From assembly GCA_902572945.1 (NCBI GenBank), contig CACGHU010000001.1, forward strand, positions 12,675-76,674: a stretch of 64,000 bases of DNA. The letters are read 5' to 3'. The DNA is from an uncultured Pelagibacteraceae bacterium. GTDB taxonomy: Bacteria > Pseudomonadota > Alphaproteobacteria > Pelagibacterales > Pelagibacteraceae. Positions 30,261 to 40,375 of the stretch are shown in pieces. The notes below the pieces were generated by a model, which did not search any database, had not been told where the DNA came from, and was given only the letters and a program-made list of their open reading frames with translations. The position numbers and the translations under genes were made by a program. Each line of letters opens with the position of its first letter. Position 1 is the stretch's first letter.

Positions 30261-31267
30261 AGAGTTTTACCCTTGAATATTCCTGATGGTCTAAAAAGTA
30301 GTACAATAACCAAAATGGAAAATGATACTGCAAATTTATAGTCGGTTGATAATAATTGCATAAGGGAATCTGGTTCCATGAATTCTGGCAATAAATATGC
30401 AAAAAATTTTTTATAAGCATAAGTAACTAAAATTTCTGCAAATGCAATTACATAGCCTCCAAGAAAAGCTCCAAATGGATTCCCAATTCCACCAACAATC
30501 GCTGCTGCAAAAATTGGCAACATATTATTAAAATAAACAAAAGGTCTGTAACTCTTATCTAAACCATAAAGTACTCCACCAATAGTTGCTAGGATACCTG
30601 CAATAATCCAAGTGATTAGAACAACCTTTTTTGGATCTATCCCAGAGAGTAAAGCTAAGTCTTCATTGTCAGAGTAAGCTCTCATGCTTGTTCCGGTTTT
30701 AGTTTTATTTAAAAACCAAAACATTATTGAAACTACAAGTACCGTAACAAAAATTGTTATTGCTTGGGTAGATTTGATTGTTAAACCTTCATTTAACCCA
30801 GTCATTTCCTTAAATTCATTAGCTTTTAAAATAAATTTTTCCCCATCAAAAAATCTTCTATCAAATGGTCCTATGATTATCCTTATTATTGCTTGTGTAA
30901 CGAACATTACACCAACGCTTACCATCGCTAATTGAACAGGTGGGCTTTTTTTAACTCGATAATAACTGAATACAAACTTATCAATAAATAACATGTAAAA
31001 AATCATAGCTAAAATCGCGGGTGGTATTGTTAGTAAGGCAGTAGGCAAAAAACCAAAACTAATTCCTAAAGATTGAAAATAAAATGTTAAAAGTACGGCA
31101 ACCATTGTTCCAAATGACATCATGTCCCCAGTTGCAAAATTAGCAAACCTTAAAATACCGTAGACTAACGTTACAAATATCGCACCTAATGCTAGCTGGG
31201 ATCCATATGTAAGCGCTGGAATTACTGTGTAATTTAAAAGTAATACAATTGCATTTATAAAATCCAT
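30257..31267 (-). CDS. livH: Branched-chain amino acid ABC permease (LivH-like)
   Basis: LVYGILRFANFA, TKTG.SMRA..DN..LA..SGI and FAAAIVGGIG motifs. Confidence 0.8.
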   Translation of the reverse strand: MDFINAIVLLLNYTVIPALTYGSQLALGAIFVTLVYGILRFANFATGDMMSFGTMVAVLLTFYFQSLGISFGFLPTALLTIPPAILAMIFYMLFIDKFVFSYYRVKKSPPVQLAMVSVGVMFVTQAIIRIIIGPFDRRFFDGEKFILKANEFKEMTGLNEGLTIKSTQAITIFVTVLVVSIMFWFLNKTKTGTSMRAYSDNEDLALLSGIDPKKVVLITWIIAGILATIGGVLYGLDKSYRPFVYFNNMLPIFAAAIVGGIGNPFGAFLGGYVIAFAEILVTYAYKKFFAYLLPEFMEPDSLMQLLSTDYKFAVSFSILVIVLLFRPSGIFKGKTL

Positions 31268-31975
31268 TTAAGCTCCTAAAAAAGATCTTCTAACTTCTGG
31301 ATCATTTAAAAGTTCGTTGCCTGATCCCTCAAACTTGTTTTGACCTGTTACTAAAACATAACCTCTATCAGAAATACTTAGAGCCTGTTTAGCATTTTGT
31401 TCTACCATTATTATTGCAACATTAGTTTTTTTTACTTTAATGATATGTTCAAATAACTCATCCATCACAATTGGAGAGACGCCAGCTGTAGGTTCGTCTA
31501 ACATTAATACTGAAGGCTTAATCATCAATGCACGTCCAAGTGCAACTTGTTGTCTTTGACCACCTGATAGCTCTCCAACTATTTGTGATTGTTTCTCCTT
31601 TAAAATAGGAAATAAGTCATAAATATCATTTAGGATTTTATCTAATTTATCTGTTCTTAAAAAAGCACCCACTTCTAAATTTTCCTTTACAGTCAGCTCG
31701 GCAAATACATTTCTACTTTGAGGAACAAAAGATATTCCTTTTTTGACTCTATCTTGTGGTGACAAATTTGTGATGTCCTCACCATTAATCAAAACACTAC
31801 CAGATTTTAGATTAAGTAATCCAAGCATAGTTTTCATCGCTGTTGACTTGCCTGCTCCATTGGGGCCTAGGATTGCAACAATCTCTCCCTTATCAACATT
31901 TATTGTACAAGAGCTAATGATATCTGGACCATCTCCATATCCTGCTGTCATTTTACTTCCCTCAAAAAATGCCAT
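31268..31975 (-). CDS. livF: Branched-chain amino acid ABC ATPase (LivF-like)
   Basis: GPNGAGKST, LSGGQRQ, DEPTAG and VEQNA motifs. Confidence 0.82.
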   Translation of the reverse strand: MAFFEGSKMTAGYGDGPDIISSCTINVDKGEIVAILGPNGAGKSTAMKTMLGLLNLKSGSVLINGEDITNLSPQDRVKKGISFVPQSRNVFAELTVKENLEVGAFLRTDKLDKILNDIYDLFPILKEKQSQIVGELSGGQRQQVALGRALMIKPSVLMLDEPTAGVSPIVMDELFEHIIKVKKTNVAIIMVEQNAKQALSISDRGYVLVTGQNKFEGSGNELLNDPEVRRSFLGA

Positions 31976-32752
31976 TTATTTTCTTCTCCCTAAATAACTA
32001 TCAATTACTTTCTCATTTTTTTTGACTTCATCAGATGTGCCCTCAAATAATACAGAGCCTTCAGACATGACGATAACAGGATCACACATTCGGCTTATGA
32101 AATCCATATCATGTTCAATCATACAAAAAGTATACCCTCTTTCTTTATTTAGTCTGAGTATTGCGGTTCCTAAATCTTTTAATAATGTTCTATTTACTCC
32201 TGCCCCAACTTCATCTAATAAAACTAGATTAGCATCCACCATCATAGTTCTTCCGAGTTCTAAAAGTTTTTTTTGACCTCCAGATAAGTTGCCTGCTAAC
32301 TCATTTGATAAATGCTTTAAATTCAAAAATTCAGCAACCTCTAATGCTTTGTTTTTGATTTCTTCTTCTTCTGATTTAATAATTTTGGAACTCATTAAAA
32401 CTTTCATTAATTTTTCTCCTGTTTGATTTCCAGGTACCATCATCAGATTTTCTAATACAGTAAGATTTGTAAATTCATGAGCTATTTGAAATGTTCTTAA
32501 TATACCTTTTGAAAAAAGCTCGTAAGCAGGAACTCCAGTAATATCATCATTATTGAATAAAACTTTACCTTGATTTGGTTTTAAATTACCTGCAATTAAA
32601 TTGAATAATGTTGTCTTACCTGAACCATTAGGTCCAATTATTCCTGTGATAGAACCTTTTTTAATATTAAGTGTGCAATTTGATACTGCAGCTAAACCTC
32701 CAAAATATTTTGAAAGTCCATTAACTTGCAAAATGTTTGTGTTTTGCTGCAT
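31976..32752 (-). CDS. livG: Branched-chain amino acid ABC ATPase (LivG-like)
   Basis: FGGLAAV, GPNGSGKT, RTFQ, IEHDM and YLG motifs. Confidence 0.82.
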   Translation of the reverse strand: MQQNTNILQVNGLSKYFGGLAAVSNCTLNIKKGSITGIIGPNGSGKTTLFNLIAGNLKPNQGKVLFNNDDITGVPAYELFSKGILRTFQIAHEFTNLTVLENLMMVPGNQTGEKLMKVLMSSKIIKSEEEEIKNKALEVAEFLNLKHLSNELAGNLSGGQKKLLELGRTMMVDANLVLLDEVGAGVNRTLLKDLGTAILRLNKERGYTFCMIEHDMDFISRMCDPVIVMSEGSVLFEGTSDEVKKNEKVIDSYLGRRK

Positions 32753-32755
32753 AAA

Positions 32756-33526
32756 TTAAGATTTATTTAATCTTTTTAACAAATTATTTAAGGAACCCTG
32801 TAACAATTTATAATATCCAGCTTTTCTTAATTGATTTACACCTTGCCAATTTAATCCTCCAGGAGTTTGTGAATCGGAAACAAATTTTTTCATATTTTTA
32901 TCAGAGTTTTCTAATGCTAATCCAGCTAAAGCAAAATAAAGTGAAGTAACATATTCTTGTGCTTTGCTTCTGTTAGTTTTCTTTTTTACTAGCCAGTCTG
33001 ACAAATTTTTCAAAGTTTCATAAAATGCTGCCATTGTTCCTGAAATTGCCCAAAAATTATTAGATAATTTTTCATTTTTAATTTCAATACTAGTTCCAAT
33101 TTTATTAAAAAAGTTCTTAACTTTTGTGTTTGGTGGACACATTACAATTGGACCTAGTCCTAGAGATATTGGTGGCATAGGTATTGCTCTTACTAAATTT
33201 ATTTTAGATTTAATTTTTTTTTTTAGTTTTGAGAGATTTAAAGTTGCAACAAAACTTATAACTGTTTGATTTTGTTTAAAAATTAAATTAGGTAATATTT
33301 GATTAGCAACCTTAGGTAGAACTCCAATAAATATCCAATCAGATTTATTTACAACTTCTTGATTGTTTTTTGCTATTTTTACTTTTTTAAATTCTTTTTC
33401 TAATTTTTTTGCTTTTTTTTTATTTCTAGGGGAGATTATTATTTGTTTAAATTTTAAATTAGATCTACAAATGCCAGTGATGACATCTGATGAAATATTT
33501 CCTGTGCCTATAAATCCTAGTTTCAT
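32756..33526 (-). CDS. proC: Pyrroline-5-carboxylate reductase family protein
   Basis: GFIGTGNI Rossmann motif, VRAIP and TPGG motifs. Confidence 0.75.
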   Translation of the reverse strand: MKLGFIGTGNISSDVITGICRSNLKFKQIIISPRNKKKAKKLEKEFKKVKIAKNNQEVVNKSDWIFIGVLPKVANQILPNLIFKQNQTVISFVATLNLSKLKKKIKSKINLVRAIPMPPISLGLGPIVMCPPNTKVKNFFNKIGTSIEIKNEKLSNNFWAISGTMAAFYETLKNLSDWLVKKKTNRSKAQEYVTSLYFALAGLALENSDKNMKKFVSDSQTPGGLNWQGVNQLRKAGYYKLLQGSLNNLLKRLNKS

Positions 33527-33605
33527 AAAAAATTGATAACATCATTATTACACCAAAAATTTCTATTTAGTAAAAAAATGGGAAGTAGAATTACTGAAAA
33601 ATGTG

Positions 33606-33652
33606 GATAGTCCTATAAAACCGGGAGCTAAAGATGGCTAGATAGGACTATC
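33606..33652. ncRNA. Candidate structured RNA or operator hairpin in the proC / TIGR03643 divergent spacer
   Basis: Perfect 11-bp inverted repeat GATAGTCCTAT / ATAGGACTATC around a 25-nt relatively GC-rich loop; no U-tail and not downstream of any gene. Confidence 0.35.
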
Positions 33653-33718
33653 TATTATCAGTATAACACATGGTATAAAAATTTCATTAATGATTTAATA
33701 AAATTTGTCTAAAAAATT

Positions 33719-34015
33719 ATGAAAAAAAGTCACAGACCACAAACAAGAGTTAAAAATCCTGAGCCAAAAATAGAGAGTCCAGATTGGGTTATATGGGCAG
33801 CTTGGGCAGATAGAATCACCTTTGAAGAGATTAAGAGCAAAACTGGAAAATCAGAAAATGAGGTAATTAAAATTATGCGAAAATCTCTTAAACCATCATC
33901 ATTCAGACTTTGGAGAAAGCGAGTACATTCAAAAAGTATCAAACACAGAAAAAAATTTGAAGCTAATAGAAAAAGTATCAGAATTAAAATAAATAAAAAT
34001 GATTTTCAAACCTAG
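33719..34015 (+). CDS. TIGR03643 / DUF2805 family small protein
   Basis: AWADRITFEEI...E.EVIKIMR..LKPSSFRLWRKRV signature. Confidence 0.8.
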   Translation: MKKSHRPQTRVKNPEPKIESPDWVIWAAWADRITFEEIKSKTGKSENEVIKIMRKSLKPSSFRLWRKRVHSKSIKHRKKFEANRKSIRIKINKNDFQT

Positions 34016-34046
34016 TAATAAAATTAAAAATTGTTATATGTAAATT

Positions 34047-34304
34047 ATGAAAAATATAATCATGTACACAGGTCCTATGTGTGCATTTTGTGATGCAGCA
34101 AAAAGACTTTTAAAGAGAAATAATGCAACTTTTAAAGAAATCGATATAGGAAATAATTTAGAAATTCGAGAAGAAATGATTAAAAAAAGTAATGGTCGAA
34201 GAACTGTTCCACAAATATTTATAGAGGATAAACATATTGGTGGATATGAGGAATTAAGAGCTTTAGAAAAGAATGGTGAATTAAAAATTATTTTAGGTAA
34301 TTAA
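34047..34304 (+). CDS. grxC: Glutaredoxin 3
   Basis: CAFC dithiol, TVPQIFI and IGG motifs. Confidence 0.85.
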   Translation: MKNIIMYTGPMCAFCDAAKRLLKRNNATFKEIDIGNNLEIREEMIKKSNGRRTVPQIFIEDKHIGGYEELRALEKNGELKIILGN

Positions 34305-34305
34305 A

Positions 34306-34620
34306 TTACTTAAGAATACTAAAAGGATTTCTTAAACAATCAATTTCATCTAAAGTATCAAAAAATATCGCATTTAAGTCAGATGAATGAAAAGTTTCAC
34401 ATTCTCTTGAGCTATTTTCTTTTTTTGCAAAAGAAAAAATAATTTCTGATGGTGATTGACCCAGTGCACTTTTTATACCATAAGATGTTGCAATAGATGA
34501 TCCTGCTTGAACAACACTTCCAGTTTTTACTAACGTATAAGTTGGTCCCATCATTGAGGTTGTTTGTACACAACCGTTCAAAAAAAGAATAACTGGTAAT
34601 AATAAAAATAATTTTTTCAC
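34306..34620 (-). CDS. Hypothetical lipoprotein
   Basis: Lipobox-like LNGC after a hydrophobic signal; GTG start. Confidence 0.6.
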   Translation of the reverse strand: MKKLFLLLPVILFLNGCVQTTSMMGPTYTLVKTGSVVQAGSSIATSYGIKSALGQSPSEIIFSFAKKENSSRECETFHSSDLNAIFFDTLDEIDCLRNPFSILK

Positions 34621-34694
34621 GTTTCCCTAAATTAAATATTATTATATGTTAAAATAAATAAAAGAAAAATTTTTATAAACCAATTTGGGTTTAA

Positions 34695-36788
34695 TTAATT
34701 TTTATTTTCTCCAGTGATTTCCTGCCTTTTTTTCTTTGATGGCTTTATTAATTCTGTATTTTTTAAGTCTAAGGCTAAACATGTTATATCATCTCTTAAT
34801 TTTTCCGCTCCCCAATTTAATTGCTCTGCAATGCTATCAACAATAATTTTAGGTGAAACATTGTTGAGATCTGTAACAATTTTTTGAACCCCATCTGCTC
34901 CTAGTTCTTGGCCATTTTTAAGATATCCCTCTGTTACACCATCTGTATAAACTACAAATGTTTTATCCTTTAAATTAATAGTTTTAGATTTAACCATGGA
35001 CTCAGTAAAATATTTTATAATCCCGATTGGTGGCATTTCAGATTTTATAAATTCAAAGTTTTTGTTACGATCAAAAACCATAATACTTTCGTGACCTGCA
35101 TTTACAAAGTTTACTTCTCCTGTTTCTATATTAAATTTTCCAAATACTGCAGTTACAAACATCCCTTTAAATTTAGCTTCCACTAATTCGTTATTCACAC
35201 CAAATACTACTTTTTCTAATGGATAGGATAAATTAGATAAAGTTCTGAATATTGATGATGCTTTTGCCATATACATTCCAGCTTTAATCCCTTTTCCAGA
35301 AACATCAGCAAGTGTGAAAAAATATTCGTTTGGACTTACTTTTACAACATCATAATAATCTCCAGAAACGTCTCTTGCTGGAACATTTTTTGCATAAATG
35401 AAATTCTCAAACCTTTCTATATTTGGAAAAAGACTTTTTTGTACTCCACCCGCTAGCTCTCTTTCCTTAAGTAACTTTGCTTCTTTTTGTAAATTTGCTA
35501 ATGCAATTCTATTTTCCTCCAAGAATCTAAAATATAACCCCGTTAAAAAGGTAATTGTTAATATAAAAATTGGATAACTAATATCGACAAGCTCAGATTT
35601 AAATAAAAAATAACTAAATCCAATAGCTATAGTTATTATCAAGCTTCCAAAAAATACTGATAAACTATATTTTGGTTTAATTCTTTGCGAGAGAAGGAAA
35701 GTTATAAAGCCAACTAATATCGAAAAAAATAACTCAAAAATATATGTATTTGGATTTCTAATTAAATAAGAATTGTCTAATATATTTTCAATTACATTGG
35801 CATGAACTTCAACACCTGGGATAGTTTTTCCTAAAGGAGTTTTTACTAAATCAAATAACCCTTGCGCAGAGGCTCCAATTAGAACATATTTGTCTTTGAA
35901 CCTTTCTTCATCAAATTTACCTTCGTATACTGAGCTAGCAGAAATATATTGGCTCTTAAGAGATTTTTTATATTTAATCCAAATTATTCCATTCGGATCA
36001 GAAAGTATTTTATAAGGCCTAGAACTAACCCTTGTAATACCAACTTCATTCATCTCAACGTACAAATTTTTCTGATTTCCTCCAACTCTAACCATTTCAA
36101 GACCCATAGTTGGATACATTTTTTTTTCAAACTGAACTATTAAAGGTAAAGATCTTATAATTCCATCTGTTTGATCTAAGAATGATATAGATCCAAGACC
36201 CTTTACACTTTGCTCTAATTTTTCAAGAGAACCAATTGAGTATGGATAAGAATAAGTAAATTTTTTAGGATCTCCACCTTTAGACAAAAATCGCGCTTTA
36301 GATTTTCTATCATAATTGCTATGAGAAGGAACATTGCTTCCCAAAACTGCAGTTACAGATTTAGATTTTTCTAACTTTTCTCTAAATAACTCATCGTGAC
36401 CTTTTAAATTTTGAATTTGGCTTACGTCAGTTGGTATTAAATTATAAGCTTTTAAAAATTCATCAGGAGATTGTTTGTCTTTTTCAGTAAAAAAAACATC
36501 AAAACCTATTGCTTTTGGGTTCGTTGCATTTACATTTTCTAAAATTTTTGCAAAAACTGACCTGCTCCAAGGAAATTGACCAAATTTACCTAAACTTTTC
36601 TCATCAATATCAATTATTACAACCTCAGTTTCATTTTTAATTAATGGAAAAATTTTTTGATAAAGATCAAAACTTATAAAAGATATTGATTTTACAAAAC
36701 TTGGATTTGAAATTTTTATTGAAATTAAAAAAATTAGTAATAGAAAAAAAATTAAATAGTTTTTGTATTTTGACAATAATAGCTTCAC
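34695..36788 (-). CDS. CHASE2-domain membrane sensor with PP2C/SpoIIE (RsbU-like) phosphatase output
   Basis: VVIIDIDEKSL..GQFPWSR, DGIIR and PGVEVHA CHASE2 motifs; 3 TM helices; VSGDYYD, ADVSGKG, YTDGVTE and DDIT PP2C motifs. Confidence 0.9.
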   Translation of the reverse strand: MKLLLSKYKNYLIFFLLLIFLISIKISNPSFVKSISFISFDLYQKIFPLIKNETEVVIIDIDEKSLGKFGQFPWSRSVFAKILENVNATNPKAIGFDVFFTEKDKQSPDEFLKAYNLIPTDVSQIQNLKGHDELFREKLEKSKSVTAVLGSNVPSHSNYDRKSKARFLSKGGDPKKFTYSYPYSIGSLEKLEQSVKGLGSISFLDQTDGIIRSLPLIVQFEKKMYPTMGLEMVRVGGNQKNLYVEMNEVGITRVSSRPYKILSDPNGIIWIKYKKSLKSQYISASSVYEGKFDEERFKDKYVLIGASAQGLFDLVKTPLGKTIPGVEVHANVIENILDNSYLIRNPNTYIFELFFSILVGFITFLLSQRIKPKYSLSVFFGSLIITIAIGFSYFLFKSELVDISYPIFILTITFLTGLYFRFLEENRIALANLQKEAKLLKERELAGGVQKSLFPNIERFENFIYAKNVPARDVSGDYYDVVKVSPNEYFFTLADVSGKGIKAGMYMAKASSIFRTLSNLSYPLEKVVFGVNNELVEAKFKGMFVTAVFGKFNIETGEVNFVNAGHESIMVFDRNKNFEFIKSEMPPIGIIKYFTESMVKSKTINLKDKTFVVYTDGVTEGYLKNGQELGADGVQKIVTDLNNVSPKIIVDSIAEQLNWGAEKLRDDITCLALDLKNTELIKPSKKKRQEITGENKN

Positions 36789-36846
36789 ATTTAGAATGTA
36801 TATTTATTATTATTAAAGTAAATAAAACTTAGGAGGGATTTAGAGA

Positions 36847-38199
36847 TTATTTCTTTTTTCTCTTCTTTTTTCTCTTCTTTTTCTTTTGAGCAACTTTCTT
36901 TTTAACTATTCTTTTCTTCTTAATTACTTTTTTCTTTTTAGGAGCTTTTTTCTTAACTACTTTTTTCTTTTTAGGAGCTTTTTTCTTTACTGCTTTTTTC
37001 TTTTTAGGCGCTTTTTTCTTAGTAGCTTTTTTCTTAGTTGCTTTTTTCTTTGTAGCTTTTTTCTTTGTTGCTTTTTTCTTAGTTGTTTTCTTGGTTGTTT
37101 TTTTAGAAGCTTTTTTCTTAGATGTTTTTTTAGTAGCTTTTTTCTTAGTTGATTTTTTCTTTTTAGCTTTTTCTTTTTTCTTTTTACCTTTTTTCTTTTT
37201 AGCTTTACCTTTTTTCTTTTTATTTTTTTTCTTATTAGCTTTTTGCTCTTTTTTTTCTTTTGTCTTCTCTGTTGCTTTTGGTTTCTCTGGCTCTGCAACA
37301 TCTATTTCCTGAGCTTCAACTTCAACTTCCTCTGCTATATTTTGATCTACATCTAATTCTGTAGATTGTGGTTCAGTTTCACCTAGCAGCACTAATCTCT
37401 GCTCATTGTCTTTTCTTAAATTTTCTTTTATTAAGGTTCTTATTTCGTCTTTTTCAAAACCTTGAGCTTTTAATTCCTGTCTAATTTTTTTTCTTAGTGC
37501 TTTCTTTTCCTCTTTAGTAGCACCAGAAGCTTTAGCTACTCTTAAAGCTTTCATTTTTTTATTGAATTTTTTTAATTGATTTTTTGTAATTTGTCTCGCT
37601 TTACTTGGAGCTTTACCTTTTGCCATACTTGCAACACTAAAAGGTTTGTCAAGTAGTGTCTGACCAAGATTATTTCCAACTAAAACTGCACCAGGTCTCA
37701 AACCTAAAGTATTATTTTTTCCTGGTCCGATTAATAAAGTATCAGTTTTTCCTTTTGATACATTTGTTTGAAATTCTGTACCTCTAGATCCTAATGTTCC
37801 CTCTGGAACTTCAACAGTTAAACTGTCTGGATTTTTTTTGCTAATTAATCCTGATATTACTTTTAAACTACCTTGTTTAACACTTGCAACAATCTTTCCA
37901 TCACTAGTTTCTGGATCATATATAAAAGTATCCATCACGACTTCTGACTCTGAGCCGATTGTAAATGTTGATTGGTCTAAAAGTAGTATTTGTGTTCCTG
38001 AGTTTTCAGAAGCGTATATTGTTTCATTAAGATAAATCTTGTCACCAGCCTTAAGAGTTCTAGTTTCAGTTTTAACTGTACCATTTATAGCACCAACTAT
38101 ACCAACTAGTTGTTTTTCAATACTTAACTCCTCAGCAAATGATGTATTTGCAAACAAGATCAATGCGGCTAGAACTGACAATATTTTCTTCATACGCAT
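36847..38199 (-). CDS. Exported FecR-domain protein with long lysine-rich histone-H1-like C-terminal tail
   Basis: Signal peptide; L..GDKI, D.S.FTIG, G.L..ISG.I and TLGSRGTEF FecR-type motifs; final ~140 aa KKATK/KKAPK repeats. Confidence 0.8.
   Translation of the reverse strand: MRMKKILSVLAALILFANTSFAEELSIEKQLVGIVGAINGTVKTETRTLKAGDKIYLNETIYASENSGTQILLLDQSTFTIGSESEVVMDTFIYDPETSDGKIVASVKQGSLKVISGLISKKNPDSLTVEVPEGTLGSRGTEFQTNVSKGKTDTLLIGPGKNNTLGLRPGAVLVGNNLGQTLLDKPFSVASMAKGKAPSKARQITKNQLKKFNKKMKALRVAKASGATKEEKKALRKKIRQELKAQGFEKDEIRTLIKENLRKDNEQRLVLLGETEPQSTELDVDQNIAEEVEVEAQEIDVAEPEKPKATEKTKEKKEQKANKKKNKKKKGKAKKKKGKKKKEKAKKKKSTKKKATKKTSKKKASKKTTKKTTKKKATKKKATKKKATKKKATKKKAPKKKKAVKKKAPKKKKVVKKKAPKKKKVIKKKRIVKKKVAQKKKKRKKKRKKK
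36850..37270 (-). repeat. Low-complexity degenerate coding repeats (KKKAT pentamers, KKKAPKKKKxV units)
   Basis: Tandem ~15-nt and ~33-nt degenerate units visible in DNA and protein. Confidence 0.85.
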
Positions 38200-38354
38200 A
38201 CTTTATACCAATTTTTTGTTTACAAAAAACCTTTAATTTACTCAGTTTGGGTTTTTTGCAACTCATATTATATATAAAAAACCCCATAAAAATGGTCAAA
38301 ATCCAAAATCTTAGGAAAACAATAATAATTCCTCTATATAATACTTAGTAAAAC

Positions 38355-39665
38355 TTATCTTAAATTAAAAGATCTTGAAATTCCAAAACCAAAGGATTCT
38401 GCCACATAATCGTAATTTATAATGTTGGCTTCAGATATTGTTTTGTCATATGAAAATGAGAGGTTTATTAATTTATTTGGATCTAAAAATGGAAAAAAAT
38501 CTCCTAGTGGCTTTAAAACGATAATATCAAAAGTATTTGCAACATCAGATCTGACCAGGGCTGAATTATTACTAGAGTCAAATTCAAAATATTCATTGAA
38601 AGATAAGGCGTCTCCAACTGAAATGTATGCATAAGGCAGGTTAAAGTTTACTCTAAGACTTACATCAAAGGTTTCATAATCATTTGCACCAACTTTATTT
38701 TCTGAAATGCTGTACCCTGAGCCTAAACTCGTAGAAATTACTTCTGTTAGTGAATAATCGTGTCCAATGGTAATACTATGTCCAATAGCATTTGACTCGT
38801 TTGCTGTTGTGTCAGATGAATTGTGGTTTCCTTTGGAGTCTGAAAATGTGTATGAGTAACTATAAGTACTTCTATCCCCACTTGGGAAAAAACCAGACAA
38901 CCCAGCCATGGTTGAAAAACTATCAGCGTCGTCAATATAATCTGATTTACTTAGCATTCCAAATATAGATATACCTTGATTTGCAATTTGAGTGTCATAA
39001 GCAGATGTTAAAGTATAACCCTCAACATCATCACCAGTTTCTACTACTTGACGTGAATCTGAAACACTTGCACTAAGTAAAAATGATGAGCTGTCTCCAA
39101 TTTGTCTTATTGCAGAAATGTCACTGCTTACACTGTAAGTCCTGTCATGCATTGGTGAAGTAAATACATCCAAAGCGTCTGAACTCATTTGTAATCTTGT
39201 TTTTGATACACTATTAACATTATTACTTTGAGAAAGGCCCCAATTTACTCCTGCAACGAAATTCCATAATTTAGGTCTAGCTCTATCTTCTAACTCTTGT
39301 TCAATTTCAGCAACGGTTAATAAATCTTCTTCGGTCGCATCTTCATTGTTTTTAATTTCATCAATTACAGTTAAAGCTTTATCAGGTGAGTCTGCTTGAA
39401 CAAGAACGGAAAGTAAATACATTTTTATTTCTATGTTATCTGGATAAACCATGTTCAATCTTTCTAATGTTGAAATGGTTTGCTTGAAGTTACCCATCTT
39501 ACCTTGTTGTTGGGCATACTTTATATTTAATTCTAAATCATTTGGTTTTTGTAAAATTTGCATATAGGTTATATTTTTTTCTGTTGCTGATGCGCTCTGC
39601 ATTAAAAAATAAGACCCGCAAATCAAAATTGCTGAAATTCTAAATAATAATTTTACTTTACTCAT
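38355..39665 (-). CDS. TPR-containing outer-membrane beta-barrel-like protein
   Basis: Signal peptide; N-terminal TPR-like helices (P.DLELNIKYAQ...G.FKQTISTLERL...PDN); C-terminal amphipathic strands ending GFGISRSFNLR. Confidence 0.65.
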   Translation of the reverse strand: MSKVKLLFRISAILICGSYFLMQSASATEKNITYMQILQKPNDLELNIKYAQQQGKMGNFKQTISTLERLNMVYPDNIEIKMYLLSVLVQADSPDKALTVIDEIKNNEDATEEDLLTVAEIEQELEDRARPKLWNFVAGVNWGLSQSNNVNSVSKTRLQMSSDALDVFTSPMHDRTYSVSSDISAIRQIGDSSSFLLSASVSDSRQVVETGDDVEGYTLTSAYDTQIANQGISIFGMLSKSDYIDDADSFSTMAGLSGFFPSGDRSTYSYSYTFSDSKGNHNSSDTTANESNAIGHSITIGHDYSLTEVISTSLGSGYSISENKVGANDYETFDVSLRVNFNLPYAYISVGDALSFNEYFEFDSSNNSALVRSDVANTFDIIVLKPLGDFFPFLDPNKLINLSFSYDKTISEANIINYDYVAESFGFGISRSFNLR

Positions 39666-39903
39666 TTTTTTTCCAAATAATAAAAATTATAAATGGTGTG
39701 ATTGCCGGAACAAATCCAAACCATATCCACTCATCCCATTTAAAACTTTTATCAATCCCTGGACTTTGTACACCATTCCACCAAATAATATAACCAATTA
39801 AAATCATCCAAATAATGCTTAAAGTTGAGAAAAGCTTAGTTTTTAAAGAGGAATTACCTGAGAAAAGTTTTTTTAGAAAATCTCCTGTATTTAAAATAGA
39901 CAT
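39658..39903 (-). CDS. Small two-TM membrane protein, Trp-rich
   Basis: Two hydrophobic helices; stop overlaps the start of the downstream TPR gene. Confidence 0.65.
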   Translation of the reverse strand: MSILNTGDFLKKLFSGNSSLKTKLFSTLSIIWMILIGYIIWWNGVQSPGIDKSFKWDEWIWFGFVPAITPFIIFIIWKKNE

Positions 39904-39921
39904 TTCTTAGACAAAAATTAT

Positions 39922-40353
39922 TTACCAATTAGTTTTTGCTCCCTTAGCGTTTAATTCCAATATTGTAGCTCCTGTCTTACAAGCTGTTCCATCTTTGTCT
40001 CCTTCGCAAGCTTTTACAATGTAAGATTCTGAGTCATCCGTTACTACACAAAAAAGATAATTTTCAGAATCAATTACATCTTCGTCTTCTGCAGCGTCAA
40101 ATAAAGATTGCGAAATACCTTCTACCGTTTCGTCAGTTGGTGGGCATTCACCTCCATAATAACTTCCTGTTAACGAATAATATTCAGCTTGCATTAAACC
40201 AATGGTTTGCATTGTATTTGTTGCTGCAGATTTTTTTGCTGATGATGTGTAGCCGCTGTAAGACAGGGTTCCAATTGCTGCAAGGGCACCTATAATTGCA
40301 ACGACTACAAGAAGCTCTATTAAGCTAAATCCAAAAATTTTTTTTTTTTTCAA
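39922..40353 (-). CDS. Type IV minor pilin (PilE-like)
   Basis: G|FSLIELLVVVAIIG class III signal, Q.EYYS..GSY motif, C-terminal Cys residues; TTG start. Confidence 0.85.
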   Translation of the reverse strand: MKKKKIFGFSLIELLVVVAIIGALAAIGTLSYSGYTSSAKKSAATNTMQTIGLMQAEYYSLTGSYYGGECPPTDETVEGISQSLFDAAEDEDVIDSENYLFCVVTDDSESYIVKACEGDKDGTACKTGATILELNAKGAKTNW

Positions 40354-40375
40354 CAGCTTTTTACTAATCTACTAT

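Noticed and set aside
36886-37312. Three alternative-frame and antisense ORFs over the FecR tail
   Set aside because: Shadows of the low-complexity Lys repeat, which lacks stops in several frames.
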